64,000 nt of DNA from a virus. Taxonomy: Duplodnaviria; Caudoviricetes. Under the pieces are notes generated by a model. The model worked only from the letters and a program-made list of their open reading frames with translations. It had not been told where the DNA came from and made no database searches. This document shows, piece by piece, positions 11,901-22,200 of this stretch (its first letter is position 1; the number at the start of each line of letters is the position of its first letter). The translations under genes and the position numbers were made by a program. Where the stretch lies: the IMG/VR virus record IMGVR_UViG_3300028591_000131, positions 1 through 64,000 of that record, one strand, 5' to 3'.

Positions 11901-14573
11901 TGGTGTTGGAACTGATGTATTGTTTTCACTTTGTTGCTGTTGTGGTTGATTAACATTATTAACCATTTTTTGTACAGCAGCTTCGATTTTATCTAACAAT
12001 TGTGGATTTTGAATATAAAAAGAAAAATCATCCATTAACTTCATTACATCAAACGCATTCTGAATTGTATCGATAGCTTTTTCAGCAAAGTCTTTTGTTT
12101 TTTCAACATCTGTTAATTTAAAACGACCTTTCACTGCAATATCGTCAATAAAATTTTTTGTGATTTGTTGACGTTGTTCCTTAGATATTATTCCGTTTTG
12201 ACGTTTGTCGTTAATTTTTTCTAGTAACTTATCATAATCAATAAAAGCCATTAACTGTTCTGCTTGCTGTATTTCATTTACTGCCTGATGTTGTGGACGA
12301 TCATTATTATCTAACATTTTCATTAATTCAGAATACATCTGATCAACACGTTCACTTTTGTTTCTAGCAAATAACAACATACTTGTCAATAAATCTATTG
12401 ACTTTTGACTTGTACGGTTACCGGCCAAACTCGTTACTTCACGACGAACGTTGTCATAATCCTTGAATGCTTTTTGAATCGCTTCTTTAACTTTTGGGGC
12501 ACGTTGTTGAAATTCTTTAAATGTCATATCTTCTTCAACTCGGCCGCTTTCTTTTAATTGAGTAAATTGATCCTCGTCAATATTTAAATCCAATGTATCA
12601 ATTATTTCTTGATAGTCTTTTAAAATACCAAGATTATTAAACGCTTCAGCTAAACTAATTAACTCTAAAAAATCATTATCTTTATATGACATACGATCTC
12701 CATTTAAAACAGCTTTCTGTTTTAAATTATCATACGCCAGCAGCTTTAATACGTTTTGATATTTAGCTCGATATTCAGGATCTGTATAATATTGGTTAAC
12801 AGTTTCAATACTTTGTTCAAGTAATTTTTGCCTGTCTTGTGCTTCTTTCCAATCAGCAATACCACCAGCCCATTCGATAGTAAATGGTATATTTTGTTTA
12901 ATCATTTGCCACTTGCTTAAACGGTTACCATCTTTATCGGTAGTTTTAATAACATTTCTACGACGTCTGATTGTAGGCATACCTAAACCCATAATACCAC
13001 CAGCAAAACCTTCAACCCAATCGTCTGGATTACCATAGCTTTGTTTCCAAGCATAATTAAATCCTTTCATTTTTGTTTGAAGTTGATCGTTGTATTCACT
13101 ATTTAGTGTGGCATTGTAGGTTTGTGAAAGAACAGCATTTAACTCAGAGCCTTTCATATATTCATTATAAGCGTTTATGAAACTTTGACCCATTTCTTCA
13201 ACAACACCTTCACCAATCATCGCTTTACCAATGTTATAAGTTCTGCTGTTTTGAAACTTACTCCAATTACTTTGTGTCACTTTTTGAATGGTTTTGTCAA
13301 CAGCACTGTGTTGTATATTGACTTTTGGAAATAACTTTTCAATAAAATTGTTATTAAACTTCTTACCAATAGTTGAAAATCCATTTGAAAAAAACTTACG
13401 AAAAACCAAAAAGTTTTCAATGGACAACAACGGTACTTCCGCTGCAAAAACACCTTGACCAGCTGCTAACGCACTATCATATATTTGATCAATAGCCTCA
13501 TTATATACTATAGTATAATAATCGTCATATGACATAGGAGTCCCATCTGCATTTTTAGGTTTGTTTTTTTGATACATTCTTTGAATGTAATCAGGATTTT
13601 CTTCTAAAAATTCATCAAAAAGTTGTGTATTTTTTTCAACAAAATCATACATTTGCCTAGCTCCTTCGTATTGAGCTTCACCAATAGCACCCAATGTTGA
13701 ACCAACAATTTCATCTGCTAAATTTCTACGAGTTTGACGCGCTACCAGCGTTTTGATAGCTTCTTCTTTTTGACTGACAGATAAAGCATTATTTGCAATA
13801 ATACCTTTCATTTCATCACGGATAGCTTTTTGTCCAATAGATTCATATAGTTTAAATGTAGATTTTTTTCCTGCAGCACCCACTAGTTGTGTTACCCCAC
13901 GTACTCCTTTTGTGGCTAATTTAGCAGCAGCCATTGAACCGTATGAAAAACCAAAATTTTTAAGTATATCGTCAAACCAAAAATTTGCAGCACCACCACT
14001 GAAAGGAAGAGCATTTTTTAACCAAAAACGATCTTGTTCAAGATATGATCTATAGTTTGGAAATGTTTGTTCCATCAGCTCTTCTAATTCAATCATATCT
14101 TTGGTTACTTGACTATTTACTATTGCTTTACCCCATCTTTGAAAAAAATTACCATCATAATTTTCTGTATTAAAAGCAACCGTTGGTATTTGAAATATAG
14201 CACTGGCTAAATTGATTGCTGTACTCACAGTTAATCCACCAGCTTTAATTAAGTCATTACCTAACTTACCATACCACGATTGTTCCGAAGCACGTAAATC
14301 AGTAGGATCGGCAGCTTGACTTCCAAGTGTAGCATTTTTATCAAATTTAGAACTACCGAAGTCTGGTGCAACATGATTACTATCAACCCATTTATAACCA
14401 TAATTACCGTATAATTTGTCATATAGTTTACGATCACGACGCCATAAAGTACTTGAATCGATTACACTTTGAGCTTGTTCTAATCCAGCATAATATTGTG
14501 CTAATCTTTCTTCGTCCGACATATTACCCATCATACCACGGGCACGCTCTGTTTGTTCTAATTGTGTTGGCAT
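8910..14573 (-). CDS. Large cargo/ejection protein, probable membrane-channel component
   Basis: 1887 aa. Hydrophobic Gly/Ala segments (GFSYGSMAAA, IVGSTLGAIGEA, EGVVEEMGQ, GFAGGIMGLG), coiled-coil middle, acidic linker, C-terminal Cys. Immediately upstream of vRNAP. Confidence 0.75.
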   Translation of the reverse strand: MPTQLEQTERARGMMGNMSDEERLAQYYAGLEQAQSVIDSSTLWRRDRKLYDKLYGNYGYKWVDSNHVAPDFGSSKFDKNATLGSQAADPTDLRASEQSWYGKLGNDLIKAGGLTVSTAINLASAIFQIPTVAFNTENYDGNFFQRWGKAIVNSQVTKDMIELEELMEQTFPNYRSYLEQDRFWLKNALPFSGGAANFWFDDILKNFGFSYGSMAAAKLATKGVRGVTQLVGAAGKKSTFKLYESIGQKAIRDEMKGIIANNALSVSQKEEAIKTLVARQTRRNLADEIVGSTLGAIGEAQYEGARQMYDFVEKNTQLFDEFLEENPDYIQRMYQKNKPKNADGTPMSYDDYYTIVYNEAIDQIYDSALAAGQGVFAAEVPLLSIENFLVFRKFFSNGFSTIGKKFNNNFIEKLFPKVNIQHSAVDKTIQKVTQSNWSKFQNSRTYNIGKAMIGEGVVEEMGQSFINAYNEYMKGSELNAVLSQTYNATLNSEYNDQLQTKMKGFNYAWKQSYGNPDDWVEGFAGGIMGLGMPTIRRRRNVIKTTDKDGNRLSKWQMIKQNIPFTIEWAGGIADWKEAQDRQKLLEQSIETVNQYYTDPEYRAKYQNVLKLLAYDNLKQKAVLNGDRMSYKDNDFLELISLAEAFNNLGILKDYQEIIDTLDLNIDEDQFTQLKESGRVEEDMTFKEFQQRAPKVKEAIQKAFKDYDNVRREVTSLAGNRTSQKSIDLLTSMLLFARNKSERVDQMYSELMKMLDNNDRPQHQAVNEIQQAEQLMAFIDYDKLLEKINDKRQNGIISKEQRQQITKNFIDDIAVKGRFKLTDVEKTKDFAEKAIDTIQNAFDVMKLMDDFSFYIQNPQLLDKIEAAVQKMVNNVNQPQQQQSENNTSVPTPEQYEQIQTDAYIDALDKLEKDIKNDNTIETTLKNQLLSILNTVQSKDDIDAAIQEIQATFQDILSSYDPQSEMYQTIKRFAHNLEQAVIPVFHKPTIVTTEVYNNLVEAVKNFTKLMAEQPTSGMTKNDLQMTDFGYETVTKFGDDVEVHIGVDFIAHTSFIRIMDSKQHEVYIPVSDDIFTNTDNPKVIQLGIYESRVEMPGVQYILFKDPLIAQIRNVLLEQGASTEETNHIINTIKHQFETEDVEGKLFVQYFRPKVIQIWQNVIDNPDRESEHELFQKRIDVFNQLMQAINEFESGFTTRSNKSTTTESQQETETPVKNLQSSENPIVPETPDNVENPVISEEAATEPETNPSENPVINPIDNEDLAIQTEQQPEVQQEQTEQNNNTDENVIQDQSDINVPITDALTDEEEGELAKTLDDTVNSGKAAIPITEYDLFNNSNTNSKSVPKTQNFLQKLLNGLRSVDPEKRKRVALLNHIHKLCKDDGIYNLYNYRLLKTGAELQFAPIELQVTADYTETVIGVYSKLTDTSEPTLCGYVLPGTQQYEDISNSGMDGNFFKLKGVFEAAPMRGAVHKVTDNNRTVFDDGVDMNDIQNQFDNNQSYFICFRTENNVYIYDGDKYVNLSKPALSQMILNNKQDIAAGVVYVFTHREGKIPSNAQSIELSDFSYIKCDLRPFKKDDGVLTDVVNLISKMYNNPEIKNFAGLNAILRNSIAFQLPKKKRVNTTEDLGGNKKVYWEVDNQAEKDTCTLQIVNVNAGKKNLSPDWKIRITTKGIDGLQYPVDGYTYNIPFESVDQFTDYLVNDLHVVPSITKISIMDTMTAADENIKFALEFAKERLDIRRLVKDGLLGLYQELVPFNVNYTFVLGEKREKQTTRGVFRRRATQKQQVQTETPQATTEAPIEETKQTDNEQNEQAVESDLVAAQTQENYTSLDAVFNTFKEEIEQIDNEMNNIDFKTACIELNQDFLSQCSDKLKQAIKEASKEDSTTGC

Positions 14574-14577
14574 ATAT

Positions 14578-15999
14578 TTACTTTTTTATTGTTATTGGTG
14601 CGATTGTACCACTAAGTGCAACTTTAATATTTTGTAATTCAGATTGTGTCATTTGTGTAAATTTCTCTCTTTGTGTAGTATTCATTGTAGTAGGTGCTGT
14701 AACTGCTTGACGAGCTTCTATTGAATTACGATATGCATCAAAATGATCTTTTGGTAACATTAAATGTTCTGGTTCTAAATAATATATTGTTGGTTTACTA
14801 CCATCTTTATTGGAAGCCTCTAACTTAATATATAATTTTCGATTTTCTGGATCTAATCCGTTTGGATAGCCAATTGAAATAGCAATGTTTTTATCTTTAA
14901 GTTCAATATTTTTAGCAAATTTGCCGTTTTCAGTTAATATATTATTGTATTGTCCACTTGCACTAATAATACCTGTAATAATTTGACCCCAATTATTACC
15001 ATCTTTGCCAGATAAAACAAGTACAGGCTCGTGGTTTGTAAATGCTGTGCCAATACCAAATGGTGTTGTAATTTGACGATCATATAATTGAATTGGATTT
15101 TCTGCTTCTTGTTGCATAGCTTTGGCTATTAATTCAGCATCAGCTCTATCTGCAGCTCTTTGTGCTAATTTCAAATGTTCGGATTGGTAATAATTGCTTT
15201 GGATATCTTTCAAATCGTTGTCTTTAATGTCTGCTTCTTGCTTACCGAGTAAGTTCATCATACCCTCAGACGCATAGAATAACATTCTATTAAAATCATC
15301 AAGATTATTCATTAAATTTTGACCATTTTGATCAATTACTCCATGTTTTTGTAGTATTTGGCTCACAATACTGTTTTCATATGTACCTGGTTGTTTAGCT
15401 TGTTCAAACTCCGGTAAAGTATAACCATATTGAGTTCTTACTAAGTCTTTATATTGTGACCACTTTTCTTTGGTCATATCCACACGATGCGCAGCTGCTA
15501 ATAATTTAGATACTTCAGCAACATCCTTTTTAATAGATTCTCCGCTTACCAATTCCATTTGTGGAATACCATTAATGTATTCGTTAATTGGTCTTGTTAA
15601 CGAACCCTTTAATGCAACTTCTGGATGACTTGTTAAAAAGTTTGACATTTCAGATACGTGTTTTATGCGATTATTTACTGCTAATTGTAATGGTTTGATA
15701 GTTTGCGCATAAGTAACATTTAAATTTCTTAAATTATTATATGTGTTTGCAGTCAAACCATTTGTTGACAGATCGTTTACTGCATTTTCAAGTAAGGATC
15801 TATTTTGTTGATATGTTTGATAAGCTTCTTTATCCAATTCGGGATCTAAATATTTTTCCAAAGCTGCATTTTGCATTTCTAACTCATTCAACCCTTGTGC
15901 CTGTTGTGCCAATATAGCAGTAGCTCTTTGAACTGGAGCAGCTAATTCTTGGTAACTATATGGATTAAATTTTGCTGTATTTATAAATCTTCTAGCCAT
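14578..15999 (-). CDS. Cargo/ejection protein
   Basis: 473 aa helical protein with N-terminal FNPYSYQELAAP motif, between cargo protein 1 and the large cargo genes. Confidence 0.65.
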   Translation of the reverse strand: MARRFINTAKFNPYSYQELAAPVQRATAILAQQAQGLNELEMQNAALEKYLDPELDKEAYQTYQQNRSLLENAVNDLSTNGLTANTYNNLRNLNVTYAQTIKPLQLAVNNRIKHVSEMSNFLTSHPEVALKGSLTRPINEYINGIPQMELVSGESIKKDVAEVSKLLAAAHRVDMTKEKWSQYKDLVRTQYGYTLPEFEQAKQPGTYENSIVSQILQKHGVIDQNGQNLMNNLDDFNRMLFYASEGMMNLLGKQEADIKDNDLKDIQSNYYQSEHLKLAQRAADRADAELIAKAMQQEAENPIQLYDRQITTPFGIGTAFTNHEPVLVLSGKDGNNWGQIITGIISASGQYNNILTENGKFAKNIELKDKNIAISIGYPNGLDPENRKLYIKLEASNKDGSKPTIYYLEPEHLMLPKDHFDAYRNSIEARQAVTAPTTMNTTQREKFTQMTQSELQNIKVALSGTIAPITIKK

Positions 16000-16023
16000 A
16001 ATGTTAATTATTTAAATGTTTAA

Positions 16024-19000
16024 TTATCCCCTTTCTGCGGGTTCAAATTGTTTTGTTGTAGGATTCCAAAAGTATGGAATTCTACCTTGATAATTAAAAT
16101 CTGCATCATATGCATTAGTAGGATCTTTTGCAATTCTCCATCTGTCGTATAACTCACGTCCCAAGTTTCCAAGATTCATTGCAAGATTTTGCATATTAGT
16201 TTCACGTGCATTTTCAACAGCTAATCTTTCCTGTTCTGCAGCAGCATACGAGTTACCCATTATATTTGCGTAATTTGAATAATTAGCAGCTTGTGTTGCT
16301 CTACGAGCTTCTTCATTCGCACGATCTAATTGATTATTGTATTGTAATGCCGCATTGCGGTTTTGATTGTTTGTTTGTAACGCTCTTATATAAGCATCAT
16401 TAACAGCAGCACTTTGATTTGCAGCAGCAAGAGTAGCATATGCGTTTGCTGCAGATGATGACTGTACATTATTTTTATAGAAACCGTATTGTGTATTTGC
16501 ACGTTGATTCGCTTGTGTATCCAAATAATGTTGGTCTACAGGTTGAAAACGTTGGTATTGACCAATTGGATAGCTGCTAACCGGACGATAAGTTGATGCT
16601 ATCTGATTTGCATACGTATAATCTGGATTATCTTGTGTTAATATAGAACGTAAATTATCAAATATAGGGGACATACGTAAAGCAGAAAAGTACCAAGGAT
16701 GTTTTTCAACAGATCCCTGAAATTCTGAATTTGGATTTGGATTTGTTTCTACGTTATTACTTTGATTTGTATTTATATCAGGAGCGATAACATCTTCGTT
16801 TAATACTTCGTCTAAAATACTTTCTGGGGTTGAATTATTTACCAAATCAGCGTTATCTGTTGTTGGATTATATGCAATAATTTCACGATGAATGGGTCCA
16901 AAATTGCCATCTACAGCTTTATCTTTATAATATTGCAAATCATCGTGTTTACCATAAAAACTTGGATTACGTTCTTGTAATCTATTTTTAATTTGTTCCC
17001 AATCGTCATCGGTTAAATTATCAACTTTTGATTTATAATTCGGATTATTATCGTAATTTATATTTCCATTTAAGCCTTTTCTATTTGTAATTGTATATAC
17101 ATTAGGATATTTAGATGGATCTGCATTATATTCTGTACTAGGAATGTATCGTTGAGAATCTGCATTATAATATGAAATCCCACTTAAACTATTAGAAGGT
17201 TGGGATATAACACTTGTTGTTCCATACGAAGTAGGGTTTGTTTGTGAAACCGGGTATGTTTGTGTTGAAGTATTTATATTTTTTTGAGTTGCTGTTTGTA
17301 ATGGATCTATCATTACATTTGATGTCATAACCATTGTTGGTTTATAAGGGGTTACTAAAGTAAGATCTTTCGTTTGCCCAAAAACGTCTTTTGCTAATTT
17401 ATAACGATCAGATCTAGCACTATTTAAAGCCGGTAATGCTGATTTAATTGTTTCTTCGTTTACTAACATTCTATAGATATTGTTACCATGAAAAGCACCA
17501 CGACCGTAAAAATGACCTTTATCGAAAAACGCTTTTTTGAACTGATCCGCTGTTTTAGTGCCATTCACTCTATCATATGCTTCACAAAAAGAAGCATATT
17601 TTGACAAAACTTTAGCAGAATCGTTTATTCTTTTTGTTACTGTATCATATCTATCTTGTTCGTTTTTAGATAGTCTTCCTTCTTCGTTATATTCCCATGT
17701 ATAGTTATATAAACCATAATATGATTCTATAAACTTTAAAACCGCATCCCAAACTTCTGATGGAATTTGTTTACGATATTTATCACTAGTTTTATTTTCA
17801 GTTCCACGATATACATCTGTAGTTAACGGTTTTACTAAGTTTCCCTGTGAATCATAAGCAGAAGCAGCATTTTTTCTGGCTTGAAACGCATTATTAAACC
17901 AACTTTTACCTAAAGGACCTCCGGAGGCATATTCATTTTGAGATTGTATTAATTGTTGTTGTGCTACTACATATTCTTCTGGAGTTAATCCATACTGTGC
18001 AGCTTCATCAGATAATTTTTGATATTCTTGCGCATCAGCTAATCGTTGCATTTGTACATTTAATGTACTTTTATCAAAAGGATTATTCTCACGTTCTTTG
18101 TGTAAATCCAATATAAAATTAGCAGCATCTGCATAAGAATTAAATTTTTTATTGAACAACGTATTGTATTTCGACAAAATATCTGCATTTGGTTGAATAC
18201 GATTTGAAAAAATAAAATCGTTCCATTTTACTTCGCCTTCTTCAACCAAATTGGTATTTCCATTGTCTCCAACACCTTGTGGAATACCACCGTTTTGATT
18301 CATTTCATGTGTGCCACCGGTATTAAATGTTGTTACACCCATTTGCTCTTCAGAACCAAGTGGTCCACCGGCAGCATTATAATTACCAATTAATCTTTGT
18401 TTATACATTGAATGATTCTTATTGTCAATAATATTATTAAGTCCAGTATTATAAGCATTATTAAACGCAATGTTTTCAAGTCGATTAAATCTGGATATAG
18501 CATTTAAATCTTTATTATAAGTTGATCTTTTAGCCGCAATATTTCCTATTGATGCGAGACCACCTCCAATAGCACCTCCCAAAATACCCCATGGACCGAG
18601 ACTTGAACCAGCAATAGCACCCTCTGTAGATTTTTTAAAGAAGTCTCCAAAGAAAGTTTTTGCTGTTGGTTTTTGTAATAACGTATCTTTATTCAAATAC
18701 GTTTTGTGCATATTACCAAGATCTGACAGGTCGTTAATACTATCAGCGTGATAATTTGTATATTTGGGAATTGTTATTGTAGATTTTGTACTATTTACAA
18801 TATCTGCAATATGTCCAGCAGCTGTAGTTGCTAAATCACCAATACCTTTCCAATTAAGTTTAGAATTTGATTGTTGATCTGATGCAGAATATTCAGGAGG
18901 TTCACTTGCTGGATTATACAGATTTTCATCTATCATTTGATCTGCATCTGTAAAATCAATTTGAAATTGATTTGGTTGAGTATCAATTTTTATACGTTCT

Positions 19001-19167
19001 ACCGGCTCACCTTGAAATGTCTCAAATTGCATAAGAGGTGAATCGCCAATTCCATATAAATAAGCATACGGATTGTTTACATTGTTATACCAATTTTCAT
19101 AATTGATTGTTCTTGTACCCATTCTACGTCTGGTTTTACTGTTGAATGGAGGTATTTCATAAGCCAT
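16024..19167 (-). CDS. Cargo protein 1-like (first gene after muzzle)
   Basis: GGTHE...GGIPQG...LVEEGEV..DFIFSNRI motif, glycine-zipper GAIAGSSLGPWGILGGAIGGG, C-terminal Asn/Gln/Ala coiled coil. Start moved to 19167 (MAYEIPP) because the track's ATG at 19194 sits at the predicted transcription start. Confidence 0.72.
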   Translation of the reverse strand: MAYEIPPFNSKTRRRMGTRTINYENWYNNVNNPYAYLYGIGDSPLMQFETFQGEPVERIKIDTQPNQFQIDFTDADQMIDENLYNPASEPPEYSASDQQSNSKLNWKGIGDLATTAAGHIADIVNSTKSTITIPKYTNYHADSINDLSDLGNMHKTYLNKDTLLQKPTAKTFFGDFFKKSTEGAIAGSSLGPWGILGGAIGGGLASIGNIAAKRSTYNKDLNAISRFNRLENIAFNNAYNTGLNNIIDNKNHSMYKQRLIGNYNAAGGPLGSEEQMGVTTFNTGGTHEMNQNGGIPQGVGDNGNTNLVEEGEVKWNDFIFSNRIQPNADILSKYNTLFNKKFNSYADAANFILDLHKERENNPFDKSTLNVQMQRLADAQEYQKLSDEAAQYGLTPEEYVVAQQQLIQSQNEYASGGPLGKSWFNNAFQARKNAASAYDSQGNLVKPLTTDVYRGTENKTSDKYRKQIPSEVWDAVLKFIESYYGLYNYTWEYNEEGRLSKNEQDRYDTVTKRINDSAKVLSKYASFCEAYDRVNGTKTADQFKKAFFDKGHFYGRGAFHGNNIYRMLVNEETIKSALPALNSARSDRYKLAKDVFGQTKDLTLVTPYKPTMVMTSNVMIDPLQTATQKNINTSTQTYPVSQTNPTSYGTTSVISQPSNSLSGISYYNADSQRYIPSTEYNADPSKYPNVYTITNRKGLNGNINYDNNPNYKSKVDNLTDDDWEQIKNRLQERNPSFYGKHDDLQYYKDKAVDGNFGPIHREIIAYNPTTDNADLVNNSTPESILDEVLNEDVIAPDINTNQSNNVETNPNPNSEFQGSVEKHPWYFSALRMSPIFDNLRSILTQDNPDYTYANQIASTYRPVSSYPIGQYQRFQPVDQHYLDTQANQRANTQYGFYKNNVQSSSAANAYATLAAANQSAAVNDAYIRALQTNNQNRNAALQYNNQLDRANEEARRATQAANYSNYANIMGNSYAAAEQERLAVENARETNMQNLAMNLGNLGRELYDRWRIAKDPTNAYDADFNYQGRIPYFWNPTTKQFEPAERG

Positions 19168-19200
19168 ATTATATTGTTTTAACGTTAAAATCATTTAATT

Positions 19201-19210
19201 TGCAAAGATA
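19201..19210 (-). promoter_or_regulatory. Bacteroidota sigma-A-type promoter (-7 box) for the cargo operon
   Basis: Minus strand TATCTTTGCA matches TAnnTTTG; T-tract upstream; TTG about 22 nt upstream. Confidence 0.8.
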
Positions 19211-19211
19211 C

Positions 19212-19253
19212 AAAAAAAAAGAATACGTTTATCAATTTGCGTATTCTTTTTTT
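19212..19253. terminator. Intrinsic terminator (bidirectional shape) after the muzzle gene
   Basis: A-tract, GAATACG (19221-27), loop, CGTATTC (19240-46), T7. Confidence 0.65.
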
Positions 19254-19295
19254 GCAAAAAGTTAAAAATATTTTAGTGTGTTATAAAATTCTGTT

Positions 19296-22200
19296 TTAAT
19301 TACGAATATTTGTCTTTATTGGTTGCTCTGGAATTGTATAGTTTACATTGATATAATGTAGTTTATCTCGATATTCTCTGGACGGTAATACACCAATTAT
19401 CATTGGTTTACCAGCTTTATGTTGTAATTTTATTTTACACCACGGACTTCTGATACGATTCATTGTTTGTTTACCGTTCTTTATTTCACGAGGAATTGAA
19501 GTACGCCACAGTTTAAACTTGTGCTGTGTATTTATAGAATTAAGCATCGAATCTCCAATTTGATAAGTATTGTTCACCCGTATATAATTATAAGGATTAA
19601 TAGATGCATAAGCAACATCATATCCATTTGACGGATCGTATACTTCAGTATGATATTCTATAAAATTAAATACTTTATCATATTGCCCACTTGGATTTAC
19701 TAACAATTCAATATAAGAATCAATACCAGTACCATACAATGAATGTGAATACTTAGAATAATCTTCCCAAATTGCAGATGTATTTTCTGATTCAGGATAT
19801 ATTGAATAGCATTTATCCAGATAATTGAACTTGTATGGTATATTTTCGTAATTATAGAAAGATGTGAAGCAATCCAACGTTTCATTGAAACATATACAAA
19901 ACTCATTATTTGCCCAATAGACATCATTGTTTTTAAGGTCATAATTGGCTTTAAACGCCTTCAAATTGCTTGTAAAGGTATTTATATCCCATAAACAATT
20001 ATCGCTTGAAATATGGGCTTTAGACCACGATTTAAAGCCATATTTATTAGACATGTTCTCTATGCCGAAACCGTTTTCAGATTCACCACATTTATAAAAG
20101 TTTTGAAGTGTTTCATCAATCCAATAAAAACCATATTGTCCCAAAGCAACAGACCACTTGTTTAATGTTCCGATATTTCTGCTTAAATAAGTCACATCTT
20201 GTAATCTTGTGGCATCACTTAAATACAAAGACAATGTGGAATTAGTATCTGTTGGCTCTATTACTTTGCTATTGTAATTCAAAACTGACAAGCCGTGTTC
20301 TTGTAAACAATAAATATTGTCTTTATATGAAATCAGTTTATTGATTGCACCCATTTCACCACTAGTAAGCATCTTGTTTGTTACTGGAACAATACCCCAA
20401 CTATCTATAGTTTCACCATCTTGTTTTTGTGCAGACCACATGATCATTGTAGGATAATGGTCTAATTGCGATGATTGATAATTGGTATCAATTTGTTTGA
20501 ATACATCACAAATATCGTTTTGAATACTATAAACTGGATTTATTTGATGTTGATTGTTATAATAAGGTTGTATTAATGGAGATTGATTTGTATCTGTGAG
20601 AATATTGTGATCCCAATAAATACCATCTATATTATAATAAGATTCAATCATTACAGATGCTGTTTCTGTAACATCATTTTCACCAAATTGTGTAACCGTA
20701 TCTGAAGTTTGTTGTTCCCACAATGTTGAAAAAGTAGTGTCTTTACTGACAGTTTTGAAACAATTGTATCTTTGGAAATATGTATCTCCCTCTAAATATT
20801 TAACTTGCTGTTGTTTGTTTATACTTGTTGAATTTAACCAATTGTCCAAGTTTATAGTTTCACCACACATTTTCCAATTCCATTGTTCAACAGAAACGTC
20901 TTGATAAGTATATGGATTTTTATCTTCAGTTGTTGTATAGCTTGCAATAAGATTTGTGTTATACATATTACTTATTGGTAACAACCAGTAATTTGATTCA
21001 CTTCTTTGCACACTGTTGGAATCACGTACGATTATTTTACTTTCATCTGATATGTTTATCAAATGTTGTTTTTCGATAATTTTCGTAGGATATTGTGAAA
21101 AAACGGAAGACGCATTATTCCAATATGGTTGTGAAGATCTATGCAAATCATTAAAATCAAATTGTTCAAAATGTCCAGTATGAGGATATGTTGAATAATA
21201 CCAATTACCGGCATTTTTAACATGATAGGGTAATAAAGCGTTTGGTCCTGTTGTTGTTTGATACGGAATAGGTTCGTTTATAAATTCTTTATAGTAGAAT
21301 TGTGGAGTAAACGTATCATAGTCAGTATTCAATATATTTATAGTAGGTTGTCCTGCATAAAATTTATCCAACAACATCATTCTGTCATTAGCTTGGTTGT
21401 AATATACAACGTGTGGGGTAGATAAGAAAGATAACTCTACAACTTGTGGTCCTCCTTGATCAAAGAAATTTTTATAATCTTCAATGCGTTCGGGATCTTC
21501 CATTACAGTTCTGTAATTTAAATTATCTCTCGTATCGTTTGCTTGTAATAAACCTGATTTAGTACAAAATTGAGGTAAATATCCACTGAACAATAAGTTT
21601 CCTGCAATATTTGATTTATTCAAATATACACCAGTATCTATCAGTTGTGTTTCGTCTCCCTGACTTTTCAAATTACGGAAACCACGATACCATTTCATTG
21701 CGGCAGTTAAAGTTTGTGTATGATGTCTTAACAAAACATCATTATCCGCAGAATTATTGTTACACAAATAACTATAAAGGTGTGATATTGTACCATGTTC
21801 TGCTTCAACAAACGGTATGCTTGTCAAATCAGGTTCGACATATATTTCTTGAGTTAACTTTGGACTATGATAATACGCACTGTATGTATTAAATGTAAAA
21901 TCTTCATCTGTATTGAAATAATTTGTACAGTTGGAATATAAGCAAGAATGTGTGGTGTTATATTCAGGGCGATTGTTTGTTTCTGTACAACGATAAGCTC
22001 GACTTGAACCACAAAATGGGACATTTCCGGTAGACATAAACGGATATACTACATGTGCGTAATAAGGTTCAAAATAAGATCCTTCAAAGTTTGTTGAAAA
22101 TGGAGCATAGTAATGACAACCATATTCAGATCCTAAATTATAATAATATATTAAATTATCATAGTTTTCAAAGTCACTATATTTTGACAAACTATTTAAC